Of a stretch of DNA of 64,000 nt, positions 23,958-38,900 are shown one piece after another (within the stretch, counting starts at the first letter, position 1; the number at the start of each line of letters is the position of its first letter). The notes beneath the pieces are model-generated. The model searched no databases, had not been told where the DNA came from, and was given only the letters and a program-made list of their open reading frames with translations. A program made the translations under genes and the position numbers. Source of the DNA: Ptychomitrium polyphyllum (Eukaryota); NCBI GenBank assembly GCA_973851085.1, contig OZ316775.1:7812001-7876000 (forward strand). Direction: 5' to 3'.

Positions 23958-26900
23958 CTACATATCCTTGTTGGGATTGTTTCCAGCTAGCAGCGTCGAA
24001 ATTTCTAATCCTCTACTGAACGCCTGGTTGAAGACAAGGCGGGTCTGGAAGGTTGAGACAAAAGGGAACCACGACAGCAGGGCGATGGGAATGAATACAA
24101 TGGCTCCCATGAACGCTTCATACAGTCTCGCTATAGCCCGAATCGACTTCCACAAACCCAGCCGCTTCATTACTGGTCGTAATGCAATTGCGATCTGACG
24201 TCAAAAGGAGAAACAAAAACAGTTGGCTTCAGCTCTCTGCGATTTACACATTAAGCATCTAGTTGACCATAAATATGGTCACTCTCTAATTGATAAAATA
24301 ACAAAAAGAACGGTGCAGACATATGAGCAATAGCGTGAGATATTTAAGGCGGGAACTCACAGATAAAAGACCCCAGCCCGTGGGGATAAGCGACAAAGCA
24401 CTTGCAAACACATCGCCAATTGTAAGACTTGTAATAGCCACAGCCACAATCACGCCGGCAATGATGCCCAAGAAAACAGTCATTTGAAAGAGCCGTAGAA
24501 CGAGCTGGAAGTTTGCCGACGATTTCTGGTTGACGGAAAATACCTGCACCCACAATCACGTATTAAGTAAGAAGACACACTTAAATAAACAAACAAAAGA
24601 AACAACGAAACTACTGTCATCTGCAGTTCAATCAACCCTGGCTTTCTACTAGCGAATGCGGCAAGGAATATCGATAAAGAACAGATTTTAAAGAAAGCGA
24701 GTAGCTGATGCTGCTCACTTTGAATGTGAGGACCAAGCCAGCCAGCACACACCAGGAGAACCCATAGACCTGCACATGACATACCCTCAAGTCACATAAG
24801 AGTTCTAAAACTGTTTGGCAGCAGTAGAAACCATAGGCATAACACATATTATCGAGAACAACATAGCCAACACGACACCAGAACCAGATCTCGGCATTCT
24901 AGCGATTTATACCAGGGTTCTACGATCATACCCGCGCATATGATGAACTATGAAAAGGTTTTAATAAAGCGAATATTGGCAAAAGGGACAGACTACTAAC
25001 CCGGAAGTTTTTGTCATGGCCAACGACATTAAGAGCATATACAACACCATACTGGATTAAGAAGAACCGCAAGCTTATTACTATCTCCCAAAACCGTCCT
25101 CGGGGAGTTTGAATATGTGACTGCTCGTCCAGCCACCAGACTTCCCAACTCTTTGTACCTCCTTCTCCAATGCCTCCTTTGTGGAACAACCAGTTCGTCC
25201 AGTCTTCAAAGTCGGTCACAGTCCTGTGTATAGGTGCGAAAATACTGTAAGCTCAGAAGAAGTACAATGAAAGATAAAAGCACTAGGCAGAACGGGAAGA
25301 GGATGCAAGAAAACTCAGAAGAAGCAAAAAGTAGTGCAATACTCACTTTTGCCACTCAAATCCTGAAGGATTAAATATGTAAGGAGCCCATAACCATGAG
25401 ATCGCAAGAAACCAACTGCTGAAAGTAAGTAGGATGTAGGTGAAAGTAGTCCGTTCTGGGGCTCCATATGCAAGATAAACAATAAGCAGCAGCACAATCT
25501 CCAAACTGCATCCAGAACAAAAGTCAGCTATACACTGGAAGCAATGCCACTCTTGTCGGTGAACCACCAAATATCGCAGTCTAAACAAAGCAAAAGGAAC
25601 GACGGTAGATGTGCAGTGATACTCTGATTGAGAAACAGCTTACGCTTTCACAAAGTGACTCCGGGAGTACATTCGATAATTTTCAGCAAATGGAATATGT
25701 GCAACGACAAAGCCTCTGCCAGTGCTCGCATACTGCATAAACACCAAAATCGATAATCAAAAAACGAATAGAGAACCCATCCAAGTATCATATCCTCACG
25801 GTTAACGCTGTCGTTCAGCCAACTAACACCATGTCACCCTGTAGAATACCACCATGTTAATTCTCTAATATAATCAAGTAACAGATGTCTTGTTCTAGAT
25901 GATAAAAAGTAGTTTCGAACACAGCAACACTCAACAGAACTCCAAATCTATAGTAAGTGAAAGATTGTCATGATACGCTTCGTATGCTGCTAAAAATCTT
26001 GTGTAGCCTATCAGATATTTGGTTAATGCATTTCTTGCAGAAGAAGTGAGACATTTACCTTGGCACCTCCATGGAGAATGGTGCGGCCGAAGTAGTGTGT
26101 TCGTGTTCCAAGTGAAAAGGTAAAAAAGACCGAGCTCAGCTGAAGCTGCATAGTGAAGAAGCTTATAATCGCCTGCACTCCCAGTGAATAAAAATATCAT
26201 AAAGATGTAGGAAAAGAATATTTAGTATGGTATGAGATAATACTGCATAATCAAATGCGATTGACATACGTAAGACACGGGAATGAGATCTTACATTATC
26301 TGAAAATTACTAATCAAAGTCCATCCCAGTTTCCAGTCAGCCCAGGACTTAATGATTTCTGTTGCTAGGGACATTGTCCTATCCTCAGGTGGAAACGGTC
26401 AATACTTGCAACGTTTTCACGTCCTAGAAAGAGGCATAGATGCGCTAGACGACACGGAGATTGTTAAAAACTAGGGGAAAAAATGCTAGAGATTATTGCA
26501 TAGAGATAACGTCTTACTCGCAATATTCCTTCCTCTAAAACGAAGTTCATAATCATCGGCACAGCAGTGAAAACACCAATCTGAAGAAGAAATTGTGTGT
26601 CGAGGGCTGATTGCAACGCCACGTTAGCGGAAAGACCTTTTTCTTTTAGTGATGCATCCACTCCTGATAGTGCCTGTTGCAAAAGATCAAGCTCAATTAA
26701 TAATCAATTTCTCATTTTTGAAACTGCCGACACAAAACTCCAAACGTTGGCCCCGCTTTACGGCAGACACACAGAATTCAGGAAAAAAACATTCTAGTGA
26801 CATTCAAAAGGTACGTTTATATCAAATTCAGACAACCTAAATGTTTAATCTGGAATTGGCGAACAAATCTGGCATATTTGGTCAATGATTACGTGTTGGA

Positions 26901-29900
26901 TGCTGACAGGACAGTCTGTATATATTCATGAGCTAAACCAAACCTTGATCACAGTCACACCTTGATTTCTGAAAGTACAAAAAACGACAAAACACAGAGA
27001 ATGTATAGCTAGAGACAAGAAACAATGACTTGTACACCCGGTTATGACTAAAGATACCACAACGATAATTCCACTTGGAAAAGCAACTAAGTGTGTCATC
27101 CTAAGTGAAGTGAAGCTACAATTTAAACATAAGACTAGTTCCAACCAATCATGGAGTTCTTAAATGATACATACCAGGTACACTTTGCCGTAGAGGAACG
27201 CATAGACAGTCAAGACAGTCAGCTGCGTATCATCAATTAAAACATCAGTTGCAAACACCATAAACAAAAGTAAAACACAAAAAGAAAAAAATGCACAAAG
27301 CATCCTCAATGGGAAACACAAGCGATTCATGTTTGATTCACTCGAAACTTTCATAAAGTTGTCTAAAACTAGGTTATATAAAATACATACCATAGTCGTG
27401 AAGTAGTAACCAACAGTAGTAAAGAAGAAAGACAGCATCCTAAAGAAGTCAAAAAGCTGGCCCAGCCGATAAATATCACGACTCAGGGTTTGTTCCCCAT
27501 TTCCAGAAGCTACTTTTCCTTCAAACGCCGCAATTTGATTTAACCCCACATCTCGCCCTTTACCACACTGCACCACAAAACAGTTGTGAATTTGAATGCC
27601 ACTGTCAAAATAAAGCTATCAGTCAAGATAAGTGAATAAGCAAAAGATTTTGGGGAATCTGAGGATGCAACCGACCTGAATGTATTCATGATGAGTAATT
27701 AGCCCTTGACGTAAAGTAGAATTGAATCCTGCAGTAGAGAATAGTAAAATTAAGCAATATTAGCCAGAAGGTGAGTAATCGACAGCAAACACAGACAGCA
27801 TAAGCTCGACAAAAAACTATGTGTACTTGTGCACACATAAACTATATGTACACATAGAGTACACAAGTACCCAGGACATGGAACAGTCTCAACAAGTCGA
27901 CCTATTTCGTCATGCTTCTTCAGTGGTAAGCACCAAATTCAAGATCAAGTGCTGTATCCAAATTTCATGAGATTGATGGAACCTGCAAAAATGTCTTCGC
28001 TCAGGTTTATCTGCTTAGATGCTTTGCTGATGCCTCCTCTTGTGATATGGAATATGCGATCAAAGACATCTGGATGCCCATAGTGCATTCTCACCCTACA
28101 GAACGTAGTGACCGATTACATCAGAATTAGTTCCTGTTGAAAAGACTAGTTAATTCTAAATAAGTGAAACAAACCAAAATACCTAGGTATATTTGAAAGC
28201 AGGGTGGTCGGAAGAGGTAAAGGAAATCCCTTACAATAAACTATCTTAAACCTCATGCAGTTCTATGGTAAAATGCATGAGTTTGAGAATGGACTCGGTT
28301 GCAGATTCGAGAGTTAAAAAGTACTAACTTGAGTGGCTTTGCAAGAACCCGCTGTCCAAGTGTTACAAAACTCCGCTCTTGCAGCGACATAAACCAAGCC
28401 AAAGAAGACACACTGCAACCAGAAGAAGAGTCACGAAGGCCACAAAAGTGTTCATGAAGAGGAACTGCCTAGTGAAATAAAATTGTATCAAAGTGATCTG
28501 TCCGATAATAACCTGAAAGCAGTGCTACACTTTAAGTTCACAGAATTACAGAAGATAAGTACATATCTGCACCTTCCAGTGAAAACATGCTCACGAACAC
28601 CGAGAATAGTAGGACTGCGCTCCTTGAGTCCATAATTTTTAGAATCAAATTCTTCAAGAAGGTTCCTCATTTTGAAGGTTTCTTCCAAGTAATGCTCCTG
28701 CAACAATTTGGGGTGCAAACAAATATGACAACACTTCTCGACGTTCGAATACGACTGTATTTGTGTAAATATTGCGCAGGTACCCTAAGAAACTCTTTGA
28801 ATCATGTATGTCAAAAGTGCTCAAGAGATCGTTAGACGACAGAGTATTGCTCTGCAAGATAGACAGACCTGATTCATGTCAATGGTCTGAAGGGCCTCTC
28901 CACGAGTAAACACAATCGCATGGTTTTGATTTTCAGGCTTGCCCTCTCCCAAAATAACTTCTCCAGGCAATTTTATTGAGTAAATTTCCTGCATCCAGTT
29001 CATCATTTGAAAGTTGCAATACTTTGTTAAATACTAGTTTCAACAAGTAAAGATATTCGGTGAAAATATGTCCCCCAATCACCATTGCTGAAAATGTTAG
29101 ATGTAGAATGCGTCTCAAAATTCCATAAATGTAGAAAATAGTTCGTAGAGGCATAATCATTACAGAATGTTTAATGTAAAAAAGCAATAATAACCGAATG
29201 CTTACGGCAAAAAGCATGAGAACGGCTCTAGCCAAAATTCAAGGCCAACATTCATTATATCATTACCTGATCATTCCCGCTAGGATCGGCTTTCATAAGT
29301 TTCGAATAATACTGAGTGACCTCCTTATCTCCCACCTTCACCTTGCCCTTGTGAATGTAGGAAATTCTCAAAGAATCATTCCTATTGAAACAATAATTCA
29401 ACGACAAATGCAACACATGTAGTTTCTGTTTAGTATGATTCCGAACATCAACAAAATCATTTTTAGTAAAAGCCACGAGGATAGCAAACACAATATCTCA
29501 AATCATAAATTAAATACCATTTGAATGCTATTAAGTGACTTTCACATTCAAAAATTGATTAACAAGTCTCAAGGATGTAATTCACTGACATGAACAAAAA
29601 GATCGACGTGGAGACTCACATTTTCATTAAGTAGGATATATCTGCCGCTTTTTGTCGGCCTTCAGCTCCCTTCCCCCCCTGGTTTTGCTCTCCATATATT
29701 TGAGCACTAACTACATACAAGAACTTCAGCTCTGCTTGAGCTCGTGCATCAAGAACACCTAAACCTTGTGAGGCACTCGATGTTGAATACTGAGATCCTT
29801 GTTCCAGATCATCTGTTTCAATTCATTCCAAAAGCAACTGAGAGGAAAAACTATGGTCAACAGAGTAACTTGGGAGTTAATGAAATCTGACGGTTGTAAG

Positions 29901-32900
29901 GCTATCCAACACAATCCCAGCAAATCCCATAAGCATATAAAATCTGCAATAATAAAAATAAAGATGACCTGAAAAAGATGCTCCTTCTTGTTGCGCCTGT
30001 AAAATAAGAGCTCTTTTGTAATACATCATTCCACGAACTGCAGGGCATGAATAAAACGTTACTATGAGGTAGTGTCGATCAGTCACATCTTTCAAGATTA
30101 CCAGCACAAGAAAACATGAGAAAAGACCTTAAGAGATTTTAATACCTCAAAGCAAAACAACAAAAAGATAATAATAATAACACATATTCGAAAACCAGCT
30201 CGAGTTCAAAACTTAGTCGGTTCCTTTAAAATCGTCATATGTATAACACATACATCAAAGACATATACAAGATCAAGAATCCTGACCTGTTCGTGCCAGA
30301 GTCTGTCCACGATAAGAAGCCCAAAGTCGCAATTTTAGTTTAACATCTTCATTAAGATCTTCGGGTTTCTTTTGCTCTTCATTAGGCTTAAATTTAAATT
30401 CCTTAGGAAAGATCGTCTTTAGAAGCGCCTTCCGAGCTTCGCGGTCCTCCTTCTTATTTGGATAAATCCTCTCCAGAAAATTGTCCCACTCATCTGTAAA
30501 ACATGCTGATAGTGAAATTAAGATGGAAGGTAAATGATAAAAAACCGAGCGTTTTCTGGTGAAATTCTAAACTCAATTTAACATGATCTTCAGGCTTAGA
30601 GTACGGACTGACTAAAACCGTGATGCATTCCACCTGTCCAGAGCCAGAAACTGAGAGAACAAACCTGGAACAATGGTCCTCAGATAATACATCATAGAAA
30701 TACCATCATCATTTTCTTTAGCCAGCTGTTGGGGGCTATAAATCACATCTTCTGAATAGTACGGTGTAAATACACTGTAAATCACCGTCCAAACAGAGGA
30801 AGAATCATCAGTTTGAATCAATAACTATTTCAAAAAGCCGCTAGCAACAGCAAAAACAATACCCACACCTATTTCTGCAAGTAAAACGTCTAAAAGCACG
30901 AAAAACGAAACAAAGGAGGTTACCTCCAGCTGCTTTCCCTACCAAGTCATTACAGTTATCATCCCATCTCTTTGGAACAGAATGGCAAGAGGATAACTGA
31001 CCTGAAAGAAAACATTCCACGCACAGGGGGTGCATCGGGCATTTTCATGAACAACGAATTACTAAAGAACTGCAAACGTCGACGAGCTTCCAAATTCACT
31101 GGGACATTTAAAGCTGATTCCTTGATAGTCAAGATATTATTCAGTCTACGAAATAGTGAAGTCTGTACAGTAGAGAAATTAGAGTTAGATAATAATCTGC
31201 TGTCTGTGTAGCACTAACATTCTGTGTAATAAGTCGAAGATGCTTCAAAATGCCGAAGAAGGAAAGACTGGACATCAGTAGTACAGTTTAGGAATACAAA
31301 ATCCCATATTTTAAGTCAACATGTGTCCAGCAGGGGCCAACACTGCAACAGGTGAAGCGAATAGTTCACAGGAGAAGGAAAGGACGCACTGATTCATCAG
31401 TTGGCAAAGACAATTCAGCAAATAATTTGCCATTTTGTATCGCAGCTTGAAGATCGCGATCACCTTTGGCATCAATTCTATTCACCCAACCATAACAGAA
31501 TAAGCATGCGAACATGCGAACCATAACAAAAAACATACGAATACCTTCAGTTAGTAAATCAACTGCTTGTAGAAAAATACAGCAACAAAGAGCACGACTT
31601 TGAATCTCTTACCTCGTCTCCGAATCAGCGATAAAGTCTTGCATCACCACATCATAGAAATCTAGTAAATTCTTTCTCACAGCAGCTGTATAATCTTCCC
31701 TTGTTTTTTGGTTCATTTCAGCATTTTCCTTCAAAAAGTCATCGATTTTTTTGGCCTCATTGATCTGTTGAATAAAAACAAGACCCAGCAGTGTCAATTC
31801 ACAAACAATTTCCCAATAAGCACATTCTAAACATGTACATGCACTGAATGGGTCACGTACTTTGTTTTGAAGGCATCATTAACGTTTCTGATCTTATTTC
31901 GGTTCATGAACTACAAAATTCATGTAGAAAAGATAAACCACAATACTGTACAAGTGATGTACCAGAACATTGGTAAGCTTTGCTGCCTTATCCAACACTT
32001 TTACAAGTTGATCCTTCTTCACATAAAACTTGTATCTCAACTGACCAATATCCATAGCCTGTTCCATACTCTCGTACACCTTTGCCACCCTGTCACTCAG
32101 CCAGAAACATTGACAGCTGTTATTACAAGTTCTAGCCAGAGAAACACCGTAGAGCTCATTCAGCTCTATACTCAGAAGACTTAAACTTAACATCAAATTC
32201 TTGCTTGAAACATAACGTAATAAAATACAGAAAAACAATGCCTATGAGAGCGCAAGCATACCAACGACCCCCCTGGTCATGCACCAACAAATGATCTAAT
32301 ATGATTCGTAAAGTATAGAAAGCCTCTTGCACAGCAAACATCATGTACGAATCCCGCTCTATTTTTTCCCAGAGCTCCTCCTGGGTAGCTTGCTTGTGAA
32401 CATCCGTCATATCACAAGCAACAAACACCTGCACCAGACAACAAAACCACCCGTCAAATAATAAATCTTCCAACTTTTCAGTGATTTTTATAATAGCAAG
32501 CTTCAAATCGCTAAGCTAGTAACCTAAAATTCCATAACAACAATTATGCAAGCCCGTAAAGAGTCTCCTATTCTAGTTGAATTAAAATGTAAAATACCCA
32601 CACCGACCTTATTGGCTAACAAAAACAGTGGCCACTGGACAAATGAGAGATCTTGTGAAGATGTTGTCAGCCTTGTCAAGGTGTTGCCAGGCATGACTAA
32701 CCACTCCTTCTCTCTGCACAACCATAAGAAGGGAATGCGATCTTCGTCAGATGTGTGGCAAGCTAAGCAGGCAGAACAAGTAAGCAAAGGAATTTCGCTA
32801 GGCAATGAAGGTACTCATGTGATTAGTGCACAAGTACCAGGATGATACGAAAAGAAGGGAAACTCCCTACAAGAGTCAAACCGTTCACAATCGTCAAAAT

Positions 32901-35900
32901 ACTATACAATTGCCTTACTTGTTGTTAATAAGGTCTTCTTCACGTATGGACGTGATCACTTCATTCCAAATCGGGGCAAAGTGTTTGGCATCAATCTTCT
33001 CTCTGCGGACGTTAACGGACTCCCTCAAAGTCCTGAAAAATATAGAAAGTTTAAGTCAAAAACATTCTATAAAGCTCCAAATATTTTGAGGCTTACAATA
33101 TCTCAGCATATACTGCTCACGGTTCAATTTCACGCAAAGTATAGAATATTAACTGAGGTTCATGAGGTTCGTGAGGGCCATGAGATTGCATTCGCTTTGT
33201 AAATGCTTCTGGCAAGTACGTGAAGCGTGTACGCAACATGTCTAGAGACCGGATCTGCCACATTATGAGCAAGTTAGTGCAAAGATTGAGAATATAATGC
33301 CAGATTGAAGTCCAGATCTTACATTGCTTTTCAGAACGTGAACAGTAAGACACAATGTAAACCACAAACAATCCTCTGCACCAAAGTTCAAGAATTGAAC
33401 ATGTTCAACTCAACTGTCTTCAACAACAATTAATCTGGTGTATGCATACGCAAGTTCAATGGATGTATAACGCACAAGAACAAATTTCCTCAATTCATGT
33501 ACATCGAATCCAGTTTCTCGTTAAAGAACTTTGGTGCCCAATACAAACATATCCTATAATTCAGACAAAGATTGAACCATTGCCCACCTCACCGAGCCCC
33601 ATCCTTGCTCCATCAAGGCCTCCAACAAGTGCAGATATAACCGTATACCAAACTTGCAGGTCCAGGAAATAAATCTGGCAATGCAAGTTTCAAATCAAAC
33701 CATCAATAAAAAGGTTGACTGGTTTTGGTCACGCTGTATTTGACCAAGCTCGACAGCTCATACACTCTGATAATTGTTTGCATCACGTCCTCTTCCCGTA
33801 GACAGTCCTGGTACGACAGCCATACACCTGGCACCTAGTAGTCGGGGGATTCTAAAAATTCCGTTATACAAACACTAGTAAAGAGTCTTCTGAAACTTTT
33901 GGGTATACGCTTTGTTCAACCTAAGCTAAAAATAACTCAAAACATTAGTTGATAGCCGGATAGAGTACCATAACAACAGGTGCCCACAACGAAACAAGAG
34001 TCATCGCGTTATGATTACCTGACAACATACAAAGACTCATTAAAAACAATGTCATGACAAAACCATAAGTAATGTAACCTCATCTCATAGAACTAACAGA
34101 AAGTGAAATCACGTTTAAATTGCGGGACAAGTCATTAAGCAGAGACTGGGACCCTGGACAGTGTAATGCAATTAAATAGCAGTTTTAAGGACATACTTTT
34201 AGAAAAAATATCTCTCCATTGATAGTTGATGTCCGTGAGATCAATAATAATCCTTGTTGGCCCCACCATAGTTCTAATCTGCATTGCAAGTCACCCGCTT
34301 TTGTTAGCTACCTCCGATATGTATTACTCAGATCATAGTTGTCTCCCTTCAGAGTGTTTTGAAGAATATGTCAGAAGAAACTACCTGAAGGAAGTAGCTG
34401 AAGGAGAACTTGCAAGCCAAAATGATAACCCAAAACAAGATATACCTGCAATGTGGAAGAGAAGAGTTTCACAGCAAGGACAACAAATGAGCTTGCTGAA
34501 ATTTTTCCGATAGTATTTGTGAAGCCCTTTTATTTAAGACCAAGTGTGAGAAGGTCATTATAACACTCCTCTAAATCTGAAGCTATACGAAGATTTTGGA
34601 GTGCTTCACTGCAGAAAAAAGAGAAAATATCCACCTCAAAATCGCAAAAGAATAACATACTTTCCATTTCATGCTTTAGATCATTGAACTTATTCTGAGT
34701 GATCCATAGTTAATCAAGCAAATGCCTACACAATGGGAATGATTGAAATGCTTACGAGAAGTAATCACGAGTCCTTTCGTACAAGCCACGTCCAACATAA
34801 AATCGTTCCTGGTGTAAAGATTGAGAAGCATATGCTGTTAGATAAATCCTCGCTCGTAATTCTAACCTGCTGTGTAAAGAATTTACACCTTTGCACGAGA
34901 AAACGTAAGAGAGTTACTGAGGGATAGAAATACCTGGTGAACCCAATTCAAAAAGACAACAGGGCTAAAGTGAGTGCACTTCTCAGTTTGTCGTCGGAGC
35001 CAAGGCATATTCAACAGCAGCGCAACAAAAAGTTGCGATCCTCCGTAGATTATTAAGAGAATAACATAAAGATTAAACCATGTATTAGATCCTGATCCAC
35101 TCTCTTGTTCCTGAATCGTCTTCCTGCCAAGAGCACAAACAGGACATTGATGCTTTATCCAGGCAAAAAAGCAAAGTGCACTCATTGAACGTTTTATAAT
35201 CAAGCAGAGAATTAGTCTCACAGAGAATAAACTGAAAACTTTGAAGCGTCCGTGATTTAACAGATCTGTACTTCTACTGCACTTAACTCTAGCTTACATA
35301 ACCCAGACTATGATGAAGGGCAAGAATTTGAACCTGCGAGAATATTATGAAGCAAAACCCACAATCCTGAGGGTTACGGTTAGAAACTTACAAAAATAGA
35401 AACACAATAATTGCTGAGAGACTGCCGAACCAGAACAAACGTAACCAGATCCTAGACAAAGTACCGGCCCGGGTGCTTCTGTATGCCCCAATCATTAATA
35501 TGACATCCAATACAGCTGGACAAAACAACATGTAGAACTTGTCAGCTGACACAGCACCTGAAGGTACTAACAAGGACATAGAGAAGGACCGCAGAGCAAA
35601 GAGCATAACGAAAAAACTCCTATCACTCAGCATCTTCCTTTTATTTGCTGCACACCATAATATAGCAAAACCAGTAAGTGGTTCAAAAGAAGCCTTGACC
35701 AACAATGTGAAAGAGCATACAATACGATCTTATCAATACCATATGCAAAACGTACCCTCTAACACTCGCATTTCTAAGGATAACGAACATAACAAAGAAC
35801 ATATTTTATTATGAAACCAAGATCGTCTAGCACAACACGCTGCAACCTGATACAACTAACTTCATCTCTGAGATGATTTGAACAGTATTCAACTCAGACG

Positions 35901-38900
35901 TTGACTTACATTGTAAGAACTTCATGCAAACAAACGTAGGGCCAACACTTAATATGTACTTGATGCTGGTTGTGTTCAATTTCCCGTCACAGAAAGAAAA
36001 TACTGCCAGTCCCTACTAACACAAAGAACAATGCATGAGTTGTGCCAAGTCACAGCTGCAGCAAATCCAGAACTACCAAAAGTAACATTGAACAAGCGCA
36101 CAAGGAAGAACGCCTCGTCAAAACGCCCTCTCACAAAATTTCATCATTCAAATTATTGTGTAATAATTTATGAAATTTGACTATACTACAACAGGCCATA
36201 CCAACAGAAAAGATTTAAAAGGACTCAACATATACTAGAGACTAAACTTTCTGAGACGAGCATCACAAAAAAGTTAAATTCTGTCTTCTAGGACAGATGC
36301 CCCAGCAAATGTAATCAATCAATGACCATGATACACCAAAACGTACAATTTACGATGCAATATTTCTTAGTGACCCAATGCACCTGAAGCATGCACACAA
36401 GAAAAATCCAAAGTCGGTGGAAGCTATGATACAAATGAAGGCCACTCCGATGCTCAACAAAATGCGATTTTCCAGCTTTTCTCTCCCTCCGCCGACCCGG
36501 TCTCACCGGAGGCTGATTTTGTTCCTGAAGTAGTGGAACTTGATCTTGTAAATTTCGAGATTTCTGAAATGCCAACTTTACTCGTTTCAGCTTTGTAAAT
36601 TTACCAAAATGTTGATGTGCCAATCGCAGTGTTTATAAAGGCAAAAGAGTAGGTGTAAGCGTGAGAAGCAAGCCGGATCGTTGACTTACAAATTTGATGC
36701 TCTTCTTACTACTATCCTGCTTTGGCTTTACAAAAAAGCCCACCTCTAGTCTCCACGGCCATCCCAATTCAAAGCAGAATGGAGCCCAGAAATACTCATT
36801 AAAGTCATCGTAGTTTCGCCATCTTGAATGTGGAGATTTTCCATGGTTACAAACCTTAGCTTCCTGCATTCAAATATTACGTACTTTTAACTAAAAAGAA
36901 ACAGGCATGCACACAATAAAATAGTATTTGATGCTAACTACACCAAATATTACATCTCCTTTCAAGATGTTCTATCTGGTAACATAAATCTATACAATAA
37001 GCAACAAAATCAACAGTGACACTTTCAAACAGGAAGTAGTAGTTGACCATTTCATTTCATCTCGACCTATAATGAGATGATGTTTCCTGCAAAACCAGTT
37101 GCTCTTATTCCAAAAGAAACTAGAATTCGTTTGTTCGGAAAATAAAAACGATAGATACTACATATTCAGACTCGTAAGGAAATCTGGTTCCTCGAATAAA
37201 GCTTCCCAGAACCTTACCGCAGCAACTATCTCATGAACGGGTTTGATGACTGAAATTAGAAATGAGTCGCATTCCTTGAGGATCATTGATTTCTGATGGA
37301 AGGGTTTATCTATCAGATCTGTCAACTCATCTGCCATCTGTACACCCAAACAAATAATTCTCAAATATCACATCGCAAAGTCCATTGTAATCTAGACCGA
37401 TATCTTAATTTTGTAAAGAAGAGCTGCAAAGGGTGCCTTGACCTACATGCAAAGAGAAAGACGAAGCACAAAATGAATTTCTGATTCGTCTGTAAAAATT
37501 AATGACGAAAGCGCATATACTTACATGATGAAAAATGTAGCATATGCACTCTGGTAAGAACCGCACATTTGCGGCTTCTCCCCATATCAAGAGATATAGG
37601 GCTGAGAAAAAGAGTCGCGATTGTGGTATGGCAGAGGAACTTTCTAGACGACTGCAAAGCACACGTATTTAAATGGCAACCAAAATTTAGTTATAACTCA
37701 TTTCTAATGAAACGTGAAGCCTGTAAGCCATGCAAACTGCTTAACCTCCTCATAGAATGAACAACAGAGATGTTGCCTAGTTCTATTTGGTGCTAAATAA
37801 GACTGGAAAGATCAACATTTCAGCAACAATCGCAACTTGTACGTGTTCAATGATCTCCACAGAAACTTTCAAATAACATTCACATAATGCAATGACTAAA
37901 GTGCAACTAGGTAAACTTGTGAAGAAATCACAAAAACATATATTAGCTGGTAACAGGACAAATAAACTTACCGATTTGTCTTCAGGTCCTTCCTTAAGAA
38001 ATCGCACCAACGTTCATAGTTACCTAGCAACTTCTTATTTACATTTTTTGAGGCTTTTTCATCAAGCTGCAAGTTCGCATTCAGTAAATCGAATCAACAT
38101 TATTTAAGCAGAAGATAACGGGTCTTCAATTCACTTCAAATATTTAGATTCAGTCACCTAGCCAGAAAACACAAAGGAAGAATCAAAACACAACTGCGAT
38201 AGTTGCTGTAACTCCTCTAGAGCTTCTAATTTGTGTACCCAGTGAGTAGATATACCTTAATCGGTAGATCGGGGACTGTGTTAAGCAAAGGACCCAGACG
38301 CGACTGTGAGTTGGCCAAAAGAAGGACTAGATGCTCTCGTTGGTTCAAGACGTTGTCAGCCTGTTTTTCAGGTCACATACAAGTCTTCAGTGCCCAACAA
38401 ATTACATAATATAAGCACACAGTATAAATTCAAGACAAGCATTGGAAACCACATTCCAACTCAACAAGCAAGCTTGTAAGACACAACATCAAAACTACTA
38501 TCAACTTCAAAATTACAGAAAACGTGCAAACATAAAACTTTGATTCCAAAAACTTTTGTATACTTCTCAAAATAAGCTATAAGTCCTAAAGACACCATGA
38601 CTGAAATAAGAGTGACTAATGCCTAAATTGAGCAATGCTTATTATATGCAGAACTAGTAAGCACGCAAAACTGAATTCTTGTAACTACTTCCTTTGGAGG
38701 ACGATGAGTAATAAACTTCAAAAGAAGTAAAGAGTAAACCTGGAAGCCAAAAGCAAATTGCAGAAAATCAAAAATATCCAGGTTCCTCAGCTTTGGTCGT
38801 TTGAAATCAACATCAAATTCATGATCGTTACGCAAATCCCATTCAATGGCGTTGATGGCAGCCACAACCTGCAATCACAACTCTGTCAACAGTGAATAGA

